Assembly: GCA_043228905.1 (NCBI GenBank)
Contig: JBHGNT010000017.1
Coordinates: 3,658,001 to 3,722,000 of the forward strand
Direction of reading: 5' to 3'
DNA length: 64,000 bases
Source: Azolla caroliniana
Taxonomy: Eukaryota; Plantae; Polypodiophyta
The translations under genes were made by a program, and so were the position numbers. Within the stretch, counting starts at the first letter, position 1, and every line of letters starts with the position of its first letter. The notes under the pieces are model-generated. The model was not told the DNA's origin. It was given only the letters and a program-made list of their open reading frames with translations, and searched no databases. Shown here piece by piece: positions 54,501 through 64,000 of the stretch.

Positions 54501-54935
54501 AGATGTCTACGAGATCTTGCGTGAAATGTATTATGGTGTGATGGTTCGGTTGACTAGAGTTGGTGGCGTCGGAGGTGTCACATTTTAGCTCAAAGTATAG
54601 GAAGGAGTTAACCATGTGGGTAGCTTCAGGGTGTCCTATTAGGTAATCAATTGTGCTTTCCCCTCCTCCATGTGGGAAACATGTGAGTGCTTTCCCCTCC
54701 TCCATGTGGGAAACATGTGAGTGCTTTCCCCTCCTCCATGTGGGAAACACTTGGCTAAGCCATTATATATAATCATCTGGTGTCAGCTTCCAAGTTCAAG
54801 CAAATGATGGCCAAAGCTTGTGGCATTCACACCTTGATCCTTTGATGTACGCGTTATGTCTAAGTCTAAAGGGTCAACATTCACCATTTCTAGGTTTCTA
54901 TCCATCTGAAATATTGTGCATTGTCAAGATTGGGT
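51466..54935 (-). mobile_element. 5'-truncated non-LTR retrotransposon (RTE/RTEX-like LINE) with (TTC)n(TC)n tail
   Basis: Endonuclease end STIDYL. RT motifs DFCKAFD, GVKQGCTLSPTLF, LLYADD, YVYLGV. C-terminal LRISSHQLEIENGR...CRLC...EDE*HF. Tail at 51466-51558. A 34-bp unit occurs about 3 times at 54653-54749. Confidence 0.9.
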
Positions 54936-55882
54936 CTATACTACCAATGGTGGCTATTGCATGACTACAAATTATTAGCAAGCATTTACTACTTTCACAA
55001 CAACACCAAATGGTCATGTGGGCTAATGAATAACAATTTCCTTCGCATTAGATTGTTGTAAATTGGGTAGTCATTCACCTTTTTGCGACCTAGTTTCTAT
55101 TAATGAACTCTCTTATTAATCTTACCTTAATATTATAAAAAACCATTGAATCTAGTGATACACTAAAGGCTTAACATTAATCACTTAAAATCAAAGGTGC
55201 AAAGACAGCAATCTGAATTCACAAAAGAAATATTAGCAAGCAAATCTCTACATTAATCAACAATTAATTTGCACATACGCACTCAAGATTGTGAATGTGT
55301 TACAGAGGTGAAGAATGTTTATAAATTTGCTGTTTTACTTATTTTGCATTCTATTTATTTATATCTTTAGCCTTCTTTAATAATCGGTCTGAGTATAACC
55401 TCCCATGTAATGAAAAGGTGCCATTACATTTATGATATTCTTTCAAATGATACACTATACCATTTTCTAAAATATTTAAAATCCTACCAAATAGGATTCA
55501 AAATGGAAGCTTGAGATTGACCAACTGAAATGATGTAACAGCATGATGCTATAATCATCACGTTCCCGACAACCATACTAATATAATAGAGACCCAAGTA
55601 TAGATAAGTTTGTTCACGATAAGCATAATTGTCATCTCAACTGCTTATAATGATCAATTACAAAGCATAATTCTACGATACCCAAATACAATAAGGTGTT
55701 TAACAGCACAAGCCAATTACTTTTCAATTGAAGCCATTTAATATGGAAGTCAAAGTTTTGAATGCATGTGGCATTTGATATATTATTACAGAAAAAGCTA
55801 GCAGAACTAAAAATGCGCGCTGATATAAATAATTTCAATTGCTACAAAAATTATTTACCAAACCTCTTCCATTGTCTTTCCC

Positions 55883-58800
55883 TTATTTTTTAGAAAGTGC
55901 CTCAGCCTGATATTCACCTGTTACAACAGTGTATCCAGCACCAACCTGCATATTATAAGTCCACCAATGAACAGAAATATATGTAGAAACAACATTAATG
56001 GAAATGCATTTGAAAAATAAAATCGAAAAATCATCATCTCATTTTTACTTTGCAATCCTTCAAATTGACACACTCTTGAAGGTGTGCATTATTGCAGATC
56101 ACTGATCCTTGAACATGGCATCCATCCTCCAAAGTGACATAATTCATGACCACTGAGTTCATAATCTGTACCAAACCATTAACATGAGATTAGCTGCTAA
56201 CCCCTCTAGAGAATCTAGAAGCATGTGTTTCCATCACCTTAACACCAGAGCCTATGTGACAATGGCCCACAGATCGCTTGATGCTACATTTATCACCCAT
56301 TTCAGAACCTTCACCAAGCATACAGTGTGGCCCAACCTGTAAATTTCGCAAACAAACAGTTGTTTCATTCAAAACTACTTGGAAAATAAGCAAGAACAAA
56401 GACATTGACGCCTGAGTATAACCCCCATTGGGACAAATATTGGTGTAACCTAGCATCACTATGAAATTGACAATGGGCTGAAACGTTTCATTTCAGTGCT
56501 AATTAAGAAACAGGGGGCTGTTACTTTCAATATACATTTTGAAAGGTTTAACTTCAATGGGTGAATACTCCCAGCAGTGAGGATGATGTGCATTGTTAGA
56601 AATACCGTTGATTTGTGACCCAATTTAGCTGTGGGATGGATCACATTACTGTGTTTGGAAACCTCATATCCAGTAATGTGAATAGCCTTATCTCCGGCAA
56701 CCTAGATATGCACAGAACGTGATAAGCTATCTCTATCCATGAATCGACATAAAACCATGCATCATCATACATACATACATCATGGTTAACATCATTGTAC
56801 GCCTATATGGAGTTGACACATGCACAATATCGGTCTTTGCTGGCAACATATGCATAACAATTAAATTGGCTTGATGATGCAGCTTTATGAGGTAATAGCT
56901 GGAGCAGTTGATTTGACATATTCTTCTCTAATGATTGCAGCCCATTGTCAATTTCCCCAATAGAAGATGTTTCGAGTGTCTGGATATAAGATTTTGCAGA
57001 TCAATAGATGGAAAATGAAAGAATAGAAAAAACCAAAAGTACAAATTTAGTTACCAGCTGTGATCTAATGAGATATGGTAACTAATTCTTCTTTGATGCT
57101 ATGAATACCTGGGCGTTGTTCTAGAACTTCCTCCAAAATAGCTCTGTAGAAAAGAATGATATAGATCATGAGGAGGTTCTACATTAGTCCGAAATCAAAC
57201 ATGTATTTTGTGACTTGGAAGTACCTTTTAAAAGCATAGATATGTTGCATCGATCAAATCTGTATGTAGCTCCATCTGAGAAAGCAACCAACAACTACTG
57301 ACTACCAGTTTCCCCTTTCATAGCACAAGACACTGTAATACATAGCAAAATACTGTCATTACCCTGCCAAAAGCTCGCAGTATTGATCTTTTGATTTGCC
57401 GCTTTTGATCAACCTGGGAAGTTACTGAAACACAAAACAAGATCATGTCAGGATCCTAGTCCAACACCCTAGCAGCATTCAGGGCATCCATTAATATATT
57501 ATAGAAATGGTTCCATGCTATTATAGGTTGACAACAATAATTTCCTTCTTTGAACCCATCTACTCAGTCATAATATCACGGGATTCTTAACTTTTAAGTC
57601 TCCCTGATGTTGATGGGGTTTACATGATGCAAAAATTACACCTTGCAAAATTGTATGTTGAATTAGTAGTTAAGGATGTTGTAAGGTATTCGAAAATAGA
57701 CTTGCAAAAGCATTGGCCCTAGATGGACAGTGTTTAAGCTGTACAATGATTCAACTGCAGCCATGTTGCAAATATCCATCCTTCGATAAAAGGGCCACAT
57801 CCATAGATTTCTCGCTGAAGATTATGCATTGTCCACATAGATTGACATATTCGCATTCGTGGGGCCTCCCCCACGAATGCATACGAATACGATTGGATAA
57901 AAAATATTCGTAAAAGAAAAAAGATTTCTTAAACTACCTCCTTTTTAGTGCCATAGATATAGAAAAGGGAACTTGACAATAAAAAGGGGATATTTTTAAG
58001 CAGTATTTTTTTAAGCAGTAGGCTTTTGTTTTGCAGAACTGCTTCTACTTCTTTAATCCCTCCTATGTGTTAAACCCCATAATTGTTTTTAGTTTCTATA
58101 TCTTTAGATATCTCAGAAAACTGTCATTCTATCTTCTACTTCCTTACACACATGTGATGCAAAATCCCATATGGCTCCATCATTCCTAGCTTTTTTGAAC
58201 TAGCACTTTGGAGGCAAAGATCATTCATTGTTATTCATATGAATGTGTCACAAGCAGAAGTATGTCACCCATTGAGAGAGCGATCATTTAGGTTGAGAAA
58301 GAACAAGGTTTGTTAGCTTTAAAGACAGATGTGCTTAAACATGATTGATTATAGCAAATGAAACATAAAGTAGATGGTTCAAATCATCCTATTAGATGAA
58401 ACGACGCCAATAAGCTTGCATGCATGTCCAAGAATTGTGAACCAGCAGAATAAAGAATAAAAACACATAGCATAACCTTTGTAGCCTAAGAAAACATTTA
58501 TCTATTTAGTAGTCAATAGCTAGACCAGCTGACAATATATATCTATTAAGCCTTTCTGGTTGAGATACATTACATGAAAACGAGGCCACAAATGGATACA
58601 ATGCATATCTGCATTTATACATATGCAAGAGAATTGTTACATCGTGTGACAGTCTTCTATAAAAATATACTACCAAAAAGCACATCGAAATGATCTAGAA
58701 TTTTGAGAGGTGATGAACCTATGAAACACCTCATAATAGCATGATAAGAGCTAAAGATTTATAAGAACAATACTCACTACAATGATGTCCTTGAGATTAC

Positions 58801-59020
58801 TAGATTCAAGAAGCTCCAAGACGTAGGAGAGTGAGGGACGAATCCCATCTGGAAGCAAAGCTTTTGGAAAATCCTACACAAAACAATCTCTGTCAATTAA
58901 AAACTTCTGCCGGGTCTGACAGAAATCGAATATTTGGGCATCTAGGAGTTGAACCTTTGAAACAAGAGGAAAAAGTTGTTTTGACGCTCCATCCACCAAC
59001 ACCAACACCTGGAAATTCAT
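55883..59020 (-). pseudogene. Translation initiation factor eIF2B gamma subunit pseudogene (intron-containing)
   Basis: MNFQVLVLVDGASKQLFPLVSK, LSYVLELLESSNLKDIIV, ELHTDLIDA-HIYAFK, VGPHCMLGEGSEMGDKCSIKRSV, NSVVMN...GSVICNN, VGAGYTV...EALSKK*. Frameshifts near 58860, 57245 and 57080, and an in-frame TAG in NSI*AY at about 56804. Confidence 0.85.
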
Positions 59021-59203
59021 AGATTCCCCCCATTGTTGCTTTCTGCAATGAGATTGTATGAGCAGATGTCACCAGAAAGTTTATATTTGTTTTTCTTTTA
59101 TGATACTATTTAAATAACTGCATTTTTTTTATATGCTCTTCTAGAGCTTTTGAAATTGATTAACAGAACATGGCACTGCCAGTGGTCCCCAGACCAGAAT
59201 TAG

Positions 59204-59375
59204 AGAAAGGATTTTTTTGGAGGTTAAGAAAGTTGATTCTTTTATTGCCATATTTGAGTTAACATGATCAAATAAAATCTTGCCAGATTTGTAACACATG
59301 ATTTTATTTGATCATGTTAACCCAAATATGGCAAAAAATGAATAGACATTCTCAACCAAAAAAAGAATCCTTTCT
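59204..59375. repeat. Foldback inverted repeat (~170 bp)
   Basis: TTGCCATATTTGAGTTAACATGATCAAATAAAATC at 59245-59279 pairs with 59300-59334 (1 mismatch). Looser outer arms extend to AGAAAGGATT / AATCCTTTCT. Confidence 0.88.
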
Positions 59376-60574
59376 TTATACATAAGATGATAAGGATTTA
59401 GTGTTGTTTAACAATGCGAACTACTCAGATCATAACAGACAGATCCACATTTCATCTATCTATAAAGTCTGACGTTTATGATCTGTTTGTTATGGTACTC
59501 AGATCATAACAGACAGATCCATATTCATATATGTATGTGATGTCTAATAAACAATAGGATTTTTCAACACAAATACAATGTATTCGAATACAACATTTGA
59601 TTAAAAAAATAACTCTTCTCTCAACAGATGCAAGGGCTAGTTTGATTGAAATAGTGACACCATTGCAATAGTATATTTGGTTTGGGGTCGTGATAATTCA
59701 CTTCCGATCATTGCGGAGCATCGATATAATTGCCGAAGTTCTTGACGAAGAGATGGATGAAAAACAATTTAAATGGGTAGAATTATAGGAATTGAACTAG
59801 ATAGATGGTATTTGGTACGAAACTTGCAGGCAATAAATATTCACAAAACATTGGTTGAATAATCATAGTAAAAAACCCCTTGATCACAATAGATTGATTC
59901 CATATGAATAGAAATAAAAGTTTTTTTTCCAAAACAATATTCTTCATTAGTATGAATTCTACATACATGAGAAAATGATTAGTCTGACAACATCATAAAA
60001 GTTGTGGCCATGATAGGCCAATAACAAACACAGAGACTCAAAGTAGAAGACTACAAAGAGCGGTAGACACACATACATGACTCTTTTTCCCATCTCATGT
60101 GATCATTGGCTAAGACCCAATGTTCATCCATCTCTTTCTCGCATGCTATTCAGCATATAAATAAACGCTCATCACCATGGCTTCGCAATATATTTGACCT
60201 TTATCTACCATGGTTGTATGACTGCAAGCATTTCCAACCGGATTTGCTAAAACTCCATTTCTTCTCATCTAGTCAAATATAGAGACAACACTTTGAGTTC
60301 CTCCAACTTGGCCATATCCTATAGGAATTTTGTCAAACACTGCCTTTTGCTCATGCCACATTTCCAACGCTTTTCACATCATATCTACTAGTGCATTTCC
60401 AACAAGTTGGCTTTTTCAGAAAAGCTCTTTCCTCTCAGCATTGAAATGTATCTCCTCGCCCTTGTTTGTGGATCTAATGCACCCACAAGCTTTCAAAATG
60501 CATGCAGAAAACTCTGATATTCACATCCATGGACAAATCGTCTCTTTTGATTATTATAAGGGACGAAAAGTGGT

Positions 60575-61015
<441 letters not shown>

Positions 61016-61029
61016 AATACTAGTTCTGT

Positions 61030-62015
61030 ACTAAAATCCACTCTCCTCAGACCCTCACTAAAATTTGCTTCTGCCTCCGCCACCATCTTTGCTCATCGTT
61101 GTATAAACGAAAAACAAAAAATGTGCTTCAAATATTTCCACATCAGCCATCTCTCCATTTTCCTTGAAATTCCTGCATAGACAACCAAGAAAAAATTAGT
61201 TGTCCTCATCCACTCATGACCTTTTGCTTCAACCCTCGAGAACATCCTCGCTCATCCTTTCAAAAATTAACAGATTCCTTTTCCACAACCTCCATCTTGC
61301 CAGTCACTGCCTGAGTCGTGTATCTCTCTATTTTCAACACTTTCCTATACCTACAGAAAACAGAATTAATCCACTCTCCTCACCCTCATAAAACCTTACT
61401 TCTACCTCCACCACCATCTTCACTCATCATTTTGAAAACTAAAAATAACTAAAAATGCTTCGAAAACATCCACATCAACTCTCTCTCCATTTTGCATCAA
61501 AATCATGTTGCCATTCATCACCCGAGTCCTGTACCTACAAAAAACCAGAATGAATCCACTCTCCTCAAACCCTCATGAAATCTTGCTTCTACCTCCACCA
61601 CCATCTTCACTCATCCTTCCAAAATTAAATTAGCTTCATTTTCCACTTCAAGCATCCTGTTATTCAGCGCCCGAGTCCTGTACCTACAAAAACCAGAATG
61701 AATCCACTGTCCTCAACTTCCCATGAAACCTTGCTTCCACCTCTGCCACCATCTTCACTCATCCTTTCAAAATAGATCAGCTTCATTTTCCACTACAACC
61801 ATCTTGCCATACATTCCTCGGACCCTGATGAAAATTTGTATTTGCCTCCATCGTCGTCTTCATTCATCGTTCTAGAAATTATAATACCTAAATCTGCTTC
61901 CACAACAACCCTCTTGCCATTTTCACCAAGTCTTGTATCGACAACAAACAAAATGATGAACTGTCCTCATGAACTTTTGCTTCGACCGTTAACAACATCC
62001 TCACTCATCCTTGCC
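61030..62015. repeat. Degenerate tandem repeat (~150-190-bp period)
   Basis: AATCCACTCTCCTCA...TTGCTTCTACCTCCACCACCATCTTCACTCATC at about 61035, 61368, 61553 and 61701, with variants at about 61201 and 61962. Confidence 0.8.
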
Positions 62016-62990
62016 ATGTTGTATGCACTAAGAACGAGGCTTGTGGTGGAAACAACCAACGAGGTGGAACGTAATTGCACTTTACATCATCACCTACATC
62101 CAACAAAATAGGAATAGCTACCCAAATTCTACGAATTCTTCTTCTTTTCCGGTTAGCTTTATTCTGACCAAGACCATACAACATCGTTGAACAGTAATAA
62201 AAGTTGACTTAGTAGGCGAAGATGAAGGAGTTATAGCTTGACTATCTTCCATAGAAATGTCTAGAATCTATATTACAAATTATGAATCATGGAGTTAGAT
62301 AACAAACGAATAAATGCATGATATACTAGCTACCAATAGTGAAACATCTATGCTCTAGGTTATTATCAACGTGCTGCATTCCCCAATATAATAGGTAAAA
62401 AATAAAATTGATAATGCCACAAATTGAAGTAGATTCGAGTATGGTTTTAGAGAGGGGAGGGTGAAGTAAAACAGAGGTGATGTATTTAGAGACAAAGATG
62501 AGATATTCTCGTAACTTGTGATTAAATAGAGAGAGAAAGGGGGTTGAAGCATCGTCAATATTGCTTGCACAATATCTACCTATGGTTCTTTTTACACTTA
62601 TCATGGAATTATGGATTTGGCAAAGGCCAGTCTACTAGCCTGCATCTTTTGTCACACTCCTATTTCTCCACCACCAACGTCAGACAATTGGGTATCTTTA
62701 CATAGTTCATGGGGCACATAGCTAACTTGGTCCATCAAGGAAGACGTTGAGTTGTGGGTGGATTCTTCTCTCTTCACCACTAGAAGAGCATCCCTAGCCC
62801 TTAGGTAAGTCCCTAATATCTCCTATACACATGCACATTCGAACAATGTGTATGTATGTGTGTTTGGGAAACATGCAAAAGATAAAAAACACGTATACAT
62901 ACACATTAATAATGGAATGTCCAAGCATAAGACATTAAGGACTTATCCAAGGGCCGATAATGCTCAGTGGCTGGTGAGGGAGAGAAGAAC

Positions 62991-64000
62991 TGTTGAGAGA
63001 CAAGCTCAACATCGGCCGGATCGGCTGAAGATGTCGAGGACCGGATCGGTTGGGACCGATCGGTTAGGCCGAATGCGTAAACCGGTACGCAGACCGGTGC
63101 GTAGGTAGGGCCGGATCGGTGCGTAAACCAGGAGGCCGTTAGGAAAGATATTCCGTGAGGAATATATTTGGGAGTTAGTGTAGGAGCTCTTAATGAGCAT
63201 TGAAGTATTGTCAGTACTTTGGTCAGTCCTTCTAGGACTTGTATAAAAGTGTTCATTGAACACACATATGTACAGAGTATGTTGAATATAGTTCTTGTGT
63301 GTTCTCTCACTCTCTCTGTCTCTCCTGCGTATACTGCGTAAGCTCAAGCTCTCCATTAAACTTGTGTTTTCTTCCTTCTGTTCGGTCTTCATACTTGCTT
63401 CCGCACGTTACTCTTTACATGGTATCAGAGCGCGAGGGTTGAGAACCTCTCTGCAGCCGACATAGCTTGACGAAGAAGAACAAGAAGAACGATGGATAGA
63501 GGCATGGCAAGCTCACTTCCAACAGAGAAGCTCGACAGAACCAACTACGCGTCTTGGTCCTACAAGATGCACCAGTACCTGCTCGGGCACGGCTACTAGA
63601 GTTATGTCGAAGGAGCTAATGACGCGGCACCCGAATCGACACACAGAGACTTCCCGTCGTGGGAGCAATCGGCGAGCAGGGTATTATACTGCTTCACGTC
63701 GTGTGTGGGCGAACAACTATTGAGCTATGTTCGGGATGCAAAGACGTCGAAGGGTGCGTGGGAAAATCTGAAGAAGATTTTCGCCGCGAGCACCACAGCC
63801 AGGAAGCTTCAGCTCCGACAGGAGTTGAGCAACCTACGACAACGCGACTTGTCGGTGACGAACTATACCTCGAAGATCAAGGATATCTGCGACTTCGTCG
63901 CCTCCATAGAGGTGAACATCGAGGAGAGTGAGATGGTCCAGATCTGTCTCAGAGGTTTGGCGTCGAAGTTCGGAGTGTTCCGAACGGCTGTGTGTACCCG
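62991..64000 (+). mobile_element. Second Ty1/Copia element: 5' LTR, PBS and start of gag (runs off the window)
   Basis: LTR TGTTG...TTACA at 62991-63419 (left edge inferred). PBS TGGTATCAGAGC at 63420-63431. Gag from 63492, MDRGMASSLPTEKLDRTNYASWSYKM, with a TAG at 63597-63599. Confidence 0.9.

Noticed and set aside
54653-54749. 34-bp triple repeat as a regulatory array
   Set aside because: It is a local slippage duplication inside the dead LINE endonuclease coding region.

Overview
Land-plant nuclear DNA; the TE complement suggests a seed-free plant such as a fern or lycophyte, which is inference only. 1-15.2 kb is a retrotransposon cluster: a Ty1/Copia element split by an 808-bp solo LTR, a full-length but decayed chromoviral Ty3/Gypsy element, a truncated second Gypsy and an L1 3' end. 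Host genes, all on the minus strand: an intronless MIZ1/DUF617 gene, a 10-exon group-D (TDY) MAP kinase and an 8-exon EamA/SLC35F-like transporter. There is also an intron-containing eIF2B-gamma pseudogene and a decayed TEY-type MAPK fragment. Other repeats are an RTE/RTEX-like LINE with microsatellite tails, a hAT MITE, tandem arrays and the 5' end of a second Copia. The most unusual signal is that three different LTR families each carry a tRNA-like A-box/B-box (Pol III) cassette in U3, antisense to the element. Two of these elements lack a tRNA PBS and instead show a self-priming PBS. The same B-box motif recurs as free copies and as a five-copy array upstream of the transporter gene. All splice models and counts were done by eye.
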